A stretch of 64,000 nt of DNA, from assembly GCF_009914755.1 (NCBI RefSeq), contig NC_060929.1, one strand, 5' to 3'. Shown in pieces: positions 26,040 to 38,356 of this stretch. The notes beneath the pieces are model-generated. The model did no database searches and had not been told where the DNA came from. It saw nothing but the letters and a program-made list of their open reading frames with translations. The translations under genes were made by a program, and so were the position numbers. Within the stretch, counting starts at the first letter, position 1, and every line of letters begins with the position of its first letter. The stretch comes from the human T2T-CHM13v2.0 reference genome, Homo sapiens.

Positions 26040-27570
26040 TTGTCTGTTTATTAATCTTTTCTGAAAAAGATGGCAAGTTGTAGATATCATGCACTATGAT
26101 CTTAAATACTTGTGCATACCTTTCTCTAAAAAAAGGACATTATCTTACATAACCACAAAGCAATGATCAAGTTTAGAAAACTTCACGTTGTTAGAAGTTG
26201 TTATCCACGTTAAAATTATGCTCACTTTTTGCAGTGCTTTCCTTTATGGCACACCCTGCTTTGCTTTTCTAGTCAGGCTCACGCATTTGTATCTTGTTGT
26301 CATGTTTTTCAGGACATTAATGTTTATGAAGTAAAGAGGCTCGCTGTTTTGTAGAAGGTTCCTCAATTTGAAATTATTTCATTGTTTTTCATGATTAGAA
26401 TTTTGTTTTATTTTATTTTGTTTTAATTTTGAAAAACTCTCACACTTACCATAAATATCCAAATATTATATAAATAACATTTTTCTGGAATAGAGGATAA
26501 GTTGTCTACATGATGTCCCATCACCACTGAAGTACTTAAGGTATAACTTCTATAACAAAAACATTCTCCTATAGAACAACACTATAAACATCAAAATTAA
26601 GAAATTAACATGACTACATCTCTACCAATGTTATAGAGTGAACTACGTTCACCCCACATTTATCATTTAAAGCCCTAACCCTCAATGTGACTGTATTTAG
26701 AAATAGAGCCTTTAGGGAGATCATTAAGCTTCAGTGAATCAAAAGGGTGTGGAACTGATCAAATAGAATTGGTGTTTTTAACAGAGGAAGAGACACTAGG
26801 AGTGCCTGCTGATAGAGGAAAGGCCCTTTGAGGCACAGGGAGAAAGTGTCTGTCAACAAGCCAGGAAAAGGGATCTTACTGGAAACTAACATCATGGCAG
26901 CTTGGTCTTCTAGCTTCCAAAACTGTGAGAAAATAAATTTCTATGTTTCAGTCACCCAAGTATTCTGTTTTGGCAGTCCAGGCAGAGTAATGCAACCACT
27001 TAATCTACAGATCTATTTAAGCACTGGTACTTGTGATTTCAGAAGATGGATTCAAATCAGAATCACCTATTACATATTTTTAAGTTTCTATCTGGAATAT
27101 TTCCTCAATCTTTCCTCGACTTTCAGGATCTTGACTCTTTTGAGGGTTAGTGACCAGACGTTTTGTAGACTTTCCTTTATTTGGGCTTGTCTAATTTCCA
27201 TACAATAAAATTCAAGAAAAATGAAGGTATGATTTCAGTGTATTCTATGAAGTAATACATTCAAATATGTCCTCTTTTTGGTGATGTGCACTTCACTTGA
27301 TTAGAGATGTATTTGTAAGGCTTCTCCACTATGTAATCATCAAGCTTTTACTTTATTTATTTATGTAAGTGGTCTTATCAATTTACTCAATTGATTGTAA
27401 TTGATAACTATCATTAGTTATTTTGCTGCTTATATTGTCCCAGATTTGGCAGACAGTGGGAACACCTTTGAGCCGGGTTTTGTGTCTTTTGATATGTCCC
27501 CATCATTCTTTGAGCACTTAATTACCTTATGGCTCAAGATGATGTTCTGTTCTCATCTTATAATTTCTGT
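26040..27570 (-). mobile_element. Old L1MC-type 3' fragments, interrupted by MLT1A
   Basis: aaggacattatcttacataaccaca and homologous acattctcctatagaacaac; L1MC4/5-like. Confidence 0.5.
26629..26994 (+). mobile_element. MaLR solo LTR (MLT1A-like)
   Basis: tgttatagagtgaac...caatgtgactgtatttagaaatagagcc...gagtaatgca; TSD accaa/accac. Confidence 0.82.
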
Positions 27571-27586
27571 ATCCATTAGGGCTCTT

Positions 27587-27910
27587 CAGGCATAGCTGAA
27601 TGACCAGGATACATTCTGAGAAATACATTGTTAGGCAAATTTGTTATTGTGCAAACATCACAGAATGTGCTTACACAAACCAGATGGTATAGCCTACCAC
27701 TCACCAGGATATATGGTATAGTCTATTGCTCTTAGGCTACAAACTGGTACAGCGTGTTACCATACTGAATACTGTAGGCAACTGGAACACAGTGATATTT
27801 GTATATCTAAACACAGAAAAGATGCAATAAAAATATGGTATTATAATCTTATGGGACCACCATCATATATGCAATTCATTATTGACCAAAACATATTTTT
27901 CATATGATGA
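27587..27910 (+). mobile_element. Tigger3a-like MITE
   Basis: gatacattctgagaaatacattgttaggc...aatcttatgggaccaccatcatatatg. Confidence 0.8.
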
Positions 27911-27939
27911 TAAATAGAAAACAGAAGAAAAACTATACA

Positions 27940-28179
27940 CAGTTACCCCTCTGTATATGAAGGGGATTAATTACAGATATCCCACTCAGATGTATACTGA
28001 AATCCATGCATACTCAAGTCCTGCAGTCGGCCCACTGGATCCCACATATGTGAAAATTTCTTTCTCCATATAGATGGGTTTTGCATCCTAAGAATACAGT
28101 CTACATCCAATTGGAAAAAAAAAATCTGCTTATACGTGGAGGCTTACAGTTCAAGCCTGTCTTTTTCAAAGGTCACCTG
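27940..28179 (+). mobile_element. MER8 (Tigger2-related MITE)
   Basis: cagttacccctctgtatat...ctcaagtcctgcagtcggccc...caaaggtcacctg then TA; 240 bp. Confidence 0.8.
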
Positions 28180-28421
28180 TATATATAATTCACTTGACCC
28201 TTGAATAATGTGGGGGTTAGGGGTGCACAGATAAAAATTTGCACATAACTTTTGATTCTCCCAAAACTTAACTACTGACAGCCCACTGTTGACCAGAAGT
28301 CTTAATTATAACATAATTAGTTGAGTAACATATAGTTTGTATGTTATATTTATTATATACTCTATTATTACAATAAATTAAGAAAATTATAAGGAAGTGA
28401 ATATATATATTTACTATTTTT

Positions 28422-28705
28422 CTTTGAGACAGAGTCTCGCTCTGTCTCCCAGGCTGGAGTGCAGTGGCGCAATCTTGGCTCACTGAAAGCTCTGCCTCCT
28501 GGGTTCACACCATTCTCCTGCCTCAGCCTCCCCAGTAGCTGGGACTATAGGTGCCCGCCACCACGCTCGGCTAATTTTTTGTATTTTTAGTAGAGAACGG
28601 GTTTCACTGTGTTAGCCAGGATGGTCTAGATCTCCTGACCTCGTGATCCACCCACCTCGGCCTCCAAAAGTGCTGGGATTACAGGCATGAACCACCATGC
28701 CTGGC
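28422..28705 (-). mobile_element. AluY-like inside Tigger2
   Basis: Y-type aagctctgcctcctgggttcacaccattctcc, gttagccaggatggtc; 16-bp TSD tatatttactattttt (28406-28421, 28706-28721). Confidence 0.95.
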
Positions 28706-28899
28706 TATATTTACTATTTTTAAGTGGAAGTGGATCATCATAAAATTCTTCATCCTGATCATTAAGTTCAGTAGCCTTATGTAGAAGAGGGTGAGGAGGG
28801 CTGCGCCTTACTGTCTCAGGAGTGGTAGTGGTGGAAGAGGTGGAAACGGAGGAGAGGCAGGAGAAGCAGGAACATTTTTTGAAAATACTTCATAATTTC

Positions 28900-30454
28900 T
28901 GTCTGAGATTTTGGCTTTTTTATTTCTCTAAAAATGTTTCTATACAGTTCTATACAGTACCAATTATTCTTCCACCATTTCCTTTAGTTTCAGTGACTGT
29001 ATCATAAAAGGATCCATGACATAAAAGAAGTCAAAAGCAGTCTTGAATAGTCAGAAACCTTACGTTAGATTGTCTAATATGAATTTGTTTTCTGGCATTG
29101 TTTCTCCTATGTCCTCTTTCTCATCCTCTGGCACTGGCTTAGAAGCACTCACCTCTGTCAAATTGCCTTCTGTCAATTCTTTTGTTGTGGTGTCTATTAA
29201 CTCTTTAGTTTCTCTAAGATTCATATCTTGAAACCCTTCATTACCAACTTTTTTGCCTTACCCACAGTCTATTTCATGATTTTGTTGATTGTCTCTGTCG
29301 TAAGTCCTGTGAATTCATGCACAGTACCTGGACCTAGTTTTCTTCAGCAGGAATTTATTGTTTTAGCCCTGATGGATTTCACGGCGTTTTCTATAAAACC
29401 CAATGATATCTTCAATTATGTGATCTTTCCAGAATTTTATGATGTTCTGTCTCACAGGGTTCTCTTCCATAGTATTGACAATATTTTCCATAGAATTCTG
29501 TGTTTAATGAGACCTCCTGATCAAGAGGCTAAATTGGAGACATTGTGTTTGGGGGAAAGTAGACCACTTTGATTCTTTGGTGTTGAACTCATGGAGTTCT
29601 GGGTAACCAGAAGCATAGTCAAATACCAAAGTAACTTTAAAAGGTCATCCCTTACTGGCAAGGTACTTCAGTTCAGAAAAAGGATTCTGATTGTGCAGGC
29701 CTTCTTGTTATATGACCAAAAATCTGGCAGCTGGTGTTGATCTTTTCCCTTCAAGACTTGGGGATCAGCACATTTGTAGATGAGAGCAGTCCTAATCATG
29801 AACCTGTCTGCATTTGCAAAACACAGTGCAGTTAGCCTATCCCTTCCTGCCTTAAATTCTAGTGTTTGCATCTCTTTACTAATATACGTCCTTGGTGGAA
29901 TTTTTTTTTCATAATAGGGCACTTTTGTTTGCACTTAAAATTGGTTCAGGTAGAAATCCTGACAGTTTTCCAGCCAAACCTCGAGATCTATCTTGACATA
30001 CCAAAACTCTTTCTAAAATTATCAAACCATCCTTTGCTGGTATTAAATTCTCTAGCTTTAGATCCTTTACTTTCCTGTTGCTTTAAGTTGTCATTTATTG
30101 ACTGCTTTTCCTTGAATTATATGAGAGTCTATAGGTTTGCCTTTCTTACAGCAATCTTTTACTTACATAAAAGCTGAATTTTCAATAAGAGATAAAAAGG
30201 TATTTCACAAAAAGTGCAAGATTTTTGTGCCTGCTGGCATAGCTGCACCATCTCTTCATACATTTTTTTTTCTTTTTGTAAATAATGGTCCTTATGCTGG
30301 ATTCATTTATCATGAAATGGTGGGCAACTACAGCTGCAAACCTCTATCTATGATACACATCATGCAATTTGACTTTTTCTTGTAACATCATGACTTTTCT
30401 CTGCTTCTTGAGAGCACTTCCAGCATGAATAATGGCACTTTGTATGAGTCCCAT
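28900..30454 (-). pseudogene. Decayed Tigger2 transposase (CENP-B-type HTH plus DDE domain)
   Basis: ATG at 30454; N-terminus KKQRKVMMLQEKVKL; ORF 29668-29934 has RTYISKE...FKAGRDRLT...ANA...IYK...LKGKD..LP.FW..NKKA; many stops and frameshifts; 3' limit approximate. Confidence 0.85.
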
Positions 30455-31117
30455 GGTGTTAGTCAAGGTTTATTGAATTGCATGAAACATGATGAAAAGT
30501 ATGGAAGAACCATGAGAAATCACTTTTTTTTTTTCTGTGAAGCACAGTTTACTGGAGAGAGGAACTGCTCATGCAGAGATAATTAACATCTTCTGGAATT
30601 TTAAGCAGATATTTGCAAGACTATAGAGGGTTGGGGGGGTTCGGATTGTCAGATCTACATTGAGCTCAACTTAATAGCAATAGGAGGTGGCTGCAAAATT
30701 ATTAAAACAGTACAATATGTACTACAATTAATTTTAGGCAGTTACAATTTAATACTGCATATTTACTTTGGTTTACATTCCTCTTGACCTCAAAAGGCAC
30801 CATGTATGTTCTGTTTGTGTATGTAACTTTTGATACACTTCAAGTTTTTATAATGAGTTTTTAAAATAATCACTTTATAATTAATTTTTATAATACACTT
30901 AAAGTTTTTATAATCAATTTATATATATTTTGTAGTAGTAAATAATAAAATAGACTATTATCTGCATATATTTCATGGATTCGTGACATACCTAACATTT
31001 AAATTTTTTATATATTTCTAGGGTATGCCACTTACAAGTTTTAAAAAATTGTTGCAAATCCCAAACATATATATAGAACCATGCGGTTAAACCTGTGTTG
31101 TTCAAGGGTCAACTGTA

Positions 31118-31393
31118 TATATTAGCTTGTGCTATTCTGGGGGGTTGGCAAGTCTGAAATTGATAGGGCAAACCAGCAGGCTGGAAACTCAGGTAGGATT
31201 TTCATGCTATAATCTTGAGGCAGAACTTCTCCTTCTTTGGGAAATCTCAGTTTTTGCTCTTAAGACTCTTAAGGCTCTTAAACTTATTTTAAAAGTTAGC
31301 CACATCTACAAAATGCCTTCACAGCAACATTCAACTTAGTGTTTTTTCTAACTGGTCCTCATTACCTAGCCAAGTTGACATAAAATTATCATA
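31118..31393 (-). mobile_element. MLT2D-like LTR (distal part; proximal part probably near 27575-27935)
   Basis: ggcaagtctgaaatt...gctggaaactcagg...ctagccaagttgacataaaatt. Confidence 0.75.
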
Positions 31394-31723
31394 TTTTCTT
31401 TGTTTCTTCTGCAACGGTGAGAAACCTGGCTGTATTTTCTTTGATATAATCACTTCTTTGATCACTTCCTTCTTGTATGTTTTAATCTTCCATTGCTGCC
31501 ACTCCCCCTCTGCATGCAAATGCCTTTATCACTGTACCTGGCTTCTGACACCCCATACAGGATTTCCCTCCATCACGGAAAGACTCCTCACACTACTCAA
31601 GCACTGACACCTTCTTCCAGACTGCCCTACAATGGTAACACCTTCCTAACCCTGTTAAGTTTCCATTATCATGCACAAGACTACTTCTCCATGTTTCCCA
31701 GATTCACCAGTGTGGAGTACCAT

Positions 31724-32178
31724 TGGAGAGACTGAATATATACATGGACAGGGACTAGGCTATATGATAATAGAACTTTCACCTATAATCTCTGTGTCAA
31801 CCAACCCAGGAAGTCAAGCCACAGTCTCTGCAGCAACCGGTTCAGAATGGTTAGTACTTGGTCAGTGACCACCAGTTTTCTCATGTTTTTCCCCTTGTTT
31901 CTACCTCATGATCAACGAGGGCAAACCAAATCTTCTCCACAAACCAATCCCATAAGGCATCTGGCTTCTAGTTAGCCCACCTCCAACTTCCCCATGCCAA
32001 CAGCTTCCAATCAGAACATACCTGGAGGTTTTTAACTGTTCACTCTAAAGCTTTCCCACTCCCTTCCTCTGAGTCTGTATCAAATGCAGGTGATGATAGC
32101 CAACTTCCTTTCTCTAACAAGCTTCAAATAAATAGCATCTGTTTCTTCTGATTTGCATTTCCTTTGTTCATTTCCCCA
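31724..32178 (+). mobile_element. ERV1 LTR (MER90/MER110-like)
   Basis: tggagagactg start, tctctgcagcaacc-type repeats, ccaatc boxes, aataaa at about 32127, ends ccca. Confidence 0.6.
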
Positions 32179-32601
32179 GCTTCCCTGAAAGTTGCACTGT
32201 GACAGAACTCCAGCCTTCCCACAGGGTGAGTAGCCATGGAGACCCATCATGCATCATGGTTTGTTGAATCTGCACTGACATAGTACGACAGCACCAGGTT
32301 TGAAGTCAATGCTTTTCATTGTGGTTCTTGGCTCAATTTGGTGCTCTGGTTTTGTTATTCGTCCTTTCATTTTTTTTTTTTTTTTGGCATGACTTTTCAT
32401 CCTTTTGTTACCCTTTCTTGTGCTTCTGTTTGTGTGGCGCTGTCTGAAAATGATGTGTGTTAGAATAAGAGAATCACAGCATAGAACACAGGCATGGGCC
32501 CTAAAGGCCTGTTGTTCAAGCTTCACGCTGGGCTTACCACCCAGAGTTTGTTTTTCTCCCCAGACTGGGGTCAATTTGAACACAACACCACCATAGGGCG
32601 C

Positions 32602-33073
32602 TGTGCAAATTCCTTTTGCTGCTGTAACAAGTCATAACAAATTTGGTGGCTTAAATTCTTTTACAGTTCTGGTGGCCAGAAATCAAAAATGAGTTTCACT
32701 GTGCGAAAATTAAGATTTCAGCAGGACTGTGTTTTTCTGGGAGCTGTAGAGGAAGGTACATTTCTTTGTCTTTTCCAGCTTCTAAAAGCTAGCTGCATTC
32801 CCTGGCTTGTGGCCCATTCCACCATTTTTAAAGGTAGCAATGTACCACTTCATATCTCACTCTAATTCTGATGCTTCTGACTCTCTTTCCCTTTTTAGGG
32901 ACTCCTCTGATTGCATTTAGGCATCCTGGATAATATCAAACAATCTCCTCATCTCAAGATCATTAACATAATCACATCTGTAAAGTCCCTATTGCCATGT
33001 AAGGTAATATAGTCACAGGTTCCAGACACTAGGATGTGGACGTCTTTGGTGAGCCATTATTCTGACTGGCATA
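32602..33073 (-). mobile_element. MaLR solo LTR (MLT1D/C-like)
   Basis: gctgctgtaacaa...ggtggcttaaa...aatcacatctgtaaagtccc...ggatgtggacgtctttgg...ccattattctg. Confidence 0.82.
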
Positions 33074-34307
33074 GTCAGTAATAAAACCAAATGAATTTCT
33101 CCTTCTTATTTGATCTTTTTTCTTTCTTTTTGTCCTGAGAACTTGATTTTGATGCTGAGTTCCTTCTGGTTTTCTTCTTGTTGAGGAGATAGAGGGTTGG
33201 GGAGGGGGTTTGGATTGTCGGATCTGCATTGAGAGGTGGCCATTTGTCAGGCTGGAGGCCCAAGATGAAAAGTGTACAAGCATCACTTTGATCGACTGTT
33301 GTTAACTCTCATGGAATCATATAATTCTACATCTAAATCTAATTCTAAATCACCTCCTGCAGGGAAAAACTCCTTGAGCACACTCTTTTTGCAATACTAA
33401 TTCTTACACTCATCTCTCTAAATGGCACAACTTCACCAAGGATGATTTTGGGCTTCAATAGCCAACTCTAGGATCATTGGACTGAAATCAAATTATTCAT
33501 TTAAAATTATCATAGAAAAGAAAGGAAGAAAAATTTCTAGGACTCAATGGTGAGCATTAATTTTATTGGTATGCTATGGCCACCAAACACAATTCTGATT
33601 AAAATTTTGCCACCAAAAAATATTCACTGGCCAAAAATTAATGGGAAAATTGACAGAATTCCACAACTAAAAATAGACTTATGTTTCTAGTAAATCCTTC
33701 CCTTTGTTGTCCTCCAGTTAACACCCCTATATTCAGCTCTCCTGTACATATTTTGCTTCTGAGCTCTCCCCACGCTACCTCTCGACTCGTCTCTCCTCTT
33801 CTCCTTGTTCAAATATGCCTACTTGTCCCCAACAACTCTCCTAAGACTTCCAAAATTTCAGTTGTCCCCAAAGATCCATCTATCCCAAGATAAGATGTGC
33901 AAGTAACTGTTAAAGTTAAATTTTGGATTCAAGTTGAGTTCTGACATAATATAAGGATAACCTCTTACTTTGTTTAGAGACAAGGCAAATGGTGCAGAAT
34001 GATTTCATTTTCTTTCTCTGAGCCTTAGGAGAAACTTTCAAAGCATTAATCACAATTTTGCTAAAATGCAGTTTATTATTTAGAACACAACTTTTCTGAG
34101 GAGGGAAAATAACTCTCCTGTGAAAACTAGGTACTATCTAAACTTATCAGAGACTCCTCACAAAATTGAATATTTCCGAAAATTGATGCCATTTTTTTTT
34201 CTTGGTCTTTGATACTTTTTTGTCAGTTGGCAAAATATTGCAGGTGGCTTATATTCTGTTCCCAGTCATATCACCAACAAGTTGCCTTCCCATAACATCT
34301 TCCTAAA

Positions 34308-34723
34308 TGACATGATTTGGATCTGTGTCCCCACCCAAATCTCATGTTCAATTGCAATCCCCAGTGTTGGTGGTGGGGCCTGGTAGGAGATGATTAGATC
34401 ATGGGGACGGGTCTTTCGTGAATGATTTAACACCATCCCTTTGGTGCTGTTCTCGTGATAGGATTGTCACAAGATTTGGTTATTTAAAAGTGTGTAGCAC
34501 CTCTCCCATCTCTTTCTCTTCCTCCTACTCTGGCCATGTAAGACGTGTCTGCTTCTCTTTTGCCTTCTACCATGATTGTAAGTTTCCTGAGACCTCCCCA
34601 GAAGCAGAAACCACTATGCTTTCTGTACAGCCTGCAGAACCATGAGCCAATTAAACCTCTTTTCTTTATAAATTACACAGTCTCAGGTACTTCTTTGTAG
34701 CATTGCAAGAATGGACTAATACG
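34308..34723 (+). mobile_element. MaLR solo LTR MSTA-like
   Basis: tttggatctgtgtccccacccaaatctcatgtt...gagccaattaaacctcttttctttataaattac...gactaatac; TSD ctaaa/ttaaa. Confidence 0.9.
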
Positions 34724-35899
34724 TTAAATAACCTAATTATGATCTTCAGTGAGAAGATTTTATCTGTTGGAAGAGGCAATAGAAGAAAACTATTTTTGAA
34801 TCTTAGTGGAAGAGACTTTATCAGGTATTATTGATGGATATGGCAGTGAACCTTTGAGGACCCTTTCATGTTTCACAACTAAACTAGAATTCAGAATTCC
34901 ACGCAATTAGGATATCAATCCAAAAGTTGACCTCAAATTGAGGATTCACAGGGATCATGTAGAAGCCACCAATCTTTGGAGGTAGATAGCTGACCTGAGA
35001 CCATTGGAGTAAGCTGAAAACCTTCAGTGGTGAGCAGGTTCAAATCCAGATATCAGACCAAGATCCCTGTCCAATTCCTGTTTTGTTTTTCATTGCTTGC
35101 TTATGACCACTCTTCTTTTGTTTTTAAAAAATTCTGTACACCCTGGTCCATTTGTCCATTCAAAAAGGCCACCTTTTTGTTTTCTTTTCTCTTTATTATT
35201 ATCATTAGGTCAGAAAATACTCATTCTAAAGCCATTCTTAGGTTATACCAAAGACCAGTCATTGCCCTTAATCTTATTGACTTCTGGACATGCTGTGCAT
35301 ACATATAACTTCATAATGGAAACTTGTGGACAATTCCAATTCCATCAAACAAAACCATAGGGAATTACAACCAATGGTGTTTCCACTTGCACCTCCATGA
35401 ACAAATGACCTCAAAAAAATTAATCCCTGACATTTCTAGTGTCTTGTCTCCTAGGAAAAATATAAATCATTGCAATCTATTGATCAGGCACCAATAAATT
35501 CTATACTTGAACTCAACAATCTTCTGAGGATGATGGACAAATTACTTACCACCTGGAAAAAATTAATAAAATATTTAACCTTCCTAATGCAAGGCCTTGG
35601 AGCCAACCTTGTGTAAAGAACAACTCCTTTTGTTCCTGGATCTCCATGTGCTCATACCAGATACTACTTCCTTGGCAAGCAGGATGATGCATCCTGCTTG
35701 CAACAGGACCTCATACACCTCAGGCACTTTAGGAATAACACCTCATGCACTTTAGAAGTTTTAGAATTTTCTCTACACAGAGTCACATATTCTATAAATC
35801 AGCAAGACTGGAAATTCTGACTCAGATATGAGCTCAAAAACAAGCCTACTCTTGATTAATCAGACATTCTACCTGGAGGAGTTATTGACTTATTGTTTA

Positions 35900-36270
35900 T
35901 ACATACTAATAATCAGAGACATGTCCCAAGGACAGAAGACTGCAAGAAACTTGTCACTAACTCTGGCAGAAATTATTAATGACACTACCTCTGCCTTAAA
36001 TGGAATACAAATCAGTCTCAAGTCATGGGCACAAGTAATGATGGACAATGCATTCCTCTAGATACTTGTTGGTAGTGATGGTAGTATGTACGCAGTTGCT
36101 AATAATTCTTGCTGTACTTGCAGCAATGAAAAAGGCATGGGAGAACAGCCTACATATACATACATTGCCTTAAGAAGAAAGCGACTTGATTCTCTCAGTT
36201 TTATCCTCAGGGATTATGCAATATGATGTTTTGGCCTGGATTGAGCAATTGGGTTTCCCATTTCAAAGTA
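35900..36270 (+). pseudogene. Gamma-type ERV env transmembrane subunit remnant
   Basis: RNLSLTLAEIINDTTSALNGIQISLKSWAQVMMDN heptad repeat, frameshifted immunosuppressive domain, then YAVANNSCCT (decayed CX6CC). Confidence 0.8.
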
Positions 36271-37728
36271 TTTGAAGGATTCCTACCCAGATGTCTCCCT
36301 TTTCTATGTCAGTCTCTGATTTACCTCACTGAACTGATCACCACAGCCTGCCTCAGCCTCTAGCTCCTATTCCAGGGAATCACTTCTACATGGGCATTCT
36401 TATCAACATCCATGGGTCTCAACACCTAGCTCTGGGCTGCTGTGGCCTTTCTTCACACTTGACTTAGTCCTATCTACTAGCTTTAGAATGGAGTTGTTTA
36501 GGGTGGGAAGGAAAGAGAAGGGACTAAAGAAGAGAAAAGAAAAGAGCCAAATTATTCCTTTATACTGAGAACATATATGTGTGATATGGTAACTTTCTCA
36601 TTGCAACCCAACCGATACATTTTTGAAACTCAGGTGAGTTCTCTTTTTACTCTAGTCTTGTCATCAGCTTTCCTAAGAGCCTTAGGAAATGTCTCTGCAC
36701 CCTATTGCCCTGCCCCTAATTTTTCAAGATTATGTGTGAGTACCCAGTATCTCTGTGAGTACCCAGAAGGTATCAGAAGAATTTCTCTAAGCTTTCCTAC
36801 CCTCTCTCCTGCCTTAGAGAGCAGAAAGCCTGGAATGCGTAGAAGGCACTTCTCTCAGCTCTCCATTCTTCAGCCTTCGGTTACTAAAAACCGGAAGTGC
36901 CTTGAATAGTTATCTCTCAAGTGTCCTGATGTGCCCCACCCCCGCCACCCACTCACTGGCCTATATCCTATGTTGTTAGTGAAGTTCCATAGGAAAGAGT
37001 AGATGGGTAAGTGAATATTCACTACATTGATGAAACATCTCAGAAATTTAATCTATCCCACTAGTTCATATGCAGCCAGCACACATGTCATCATTACATG
37101 TTTGTAAATGGTGTGGCTAGTTTTTTTGTATCACCAAATATAGTTAACTCCCCCTCCCACAACTCTACCAGGAAAGAAGCCTCCTTTTTCCTATGAAAAA
37201 TTCGTCCCTGGCTAGAGTTTAGTTTATTTGTGGTTTTTCACACCTTTCTTTGACACATTTAACAAAAACATCGTTTCATAATTTACTACACTTGGATTGG
37301 TGATTAGAATTAGAGCAATCATCTCTTATATTGTCTATCGCCTATATAGAAAAGGAAGTCCTGATTCTCTTTTCTTATTTGCTTGTTCTTAACTAGTAAA
37401 TGGATTTGTAATCATTTGTCAAATTTAGATATGTTTGACAGGTTCCTATCCCTAATGCCCAGCATGGCATTACAAAGATACTGGCATTTATTTACACAGT
37501 AACCAAGTCGATTCTCTACTGCCCTGTGAGGATATGTATTCACCACAGCCTTGGGGTTTTGTCCTTTATGATCATACACCATTTCTCTTACACACTATTC
37601 TTCAAGCATTTTCTATTCAAACTACATTTCTTTATGCCCTATAAAAGCATTTACACCATTGTCTAAAATGTTCTTTATCCTAATATTACGTGCTTAAAAT
37701 CTATCATTCAGGAACCAATTTATATATA

Positions 37729-37731
<3 letters not shown>

Positions 37732-37775
<44 letters not shown>

Positions 37776-37799
37776 GGTTCTGAAAGCAAGATGTTTATA

Positions 37800-37834
<35 letters not shown>

Positions 37835-37860
37835 GGTTCTGGAAGCAAGATGTTTATACA
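37732..37860. repeat. Tandem duplication of (TG)n plus ~29-bp unique flank
   Basis: tataggttctg[a/g]aagcaagatgtttataca follows each TG tract. Confidence 0.95.
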
Positions 37861-37906
37861 TTTACATATACAAATACTTATAACATTTTTATATAACTAT
37901 AAATAA

Positions 37907-37952
37907 ATGCACATATATAAACATATTTGTATATATGTTTATATATGTGCAT
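37907..37952. repeat. Perfect 20-bp inverted repeat, 6-nt spacer
   Basis: atgcacatatataaacatat / atatgtttatatatgtgcat. Confidence 0.9.
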
Positions 37953-38043
37953 ATATTTATATATACATAACTTGCTGTTCAAAAAGTATTACATTTATGT
38001 TTATCAGCTTTTTCTTTTTCTTACTAGACTTTATATTTATTAG

Positions 38044-38356
<313 letters not shown>

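Larger units (their letters stand above)
28191..31115 (-). mobile_element. Near full-length Tigger2 (pogo-like) DNA transposon
   Basis: TIRs cacttgacccttgaataa / ttgttcaagggtcaactg followed by TA; decayed transposase inside; AluY inserted. Confidence 0.9.
32179..36290 (+). mobile_element. Heavily deleted ERV internal region, interrupted by MLT1D and MSTA
   Basis: Follows the LTR; leader-like pyrimidine-rich sequence, proline-rich gag-like stretch (33681-33893), env TM remnant at the end; no pol recognised. Confidence 0.55.
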
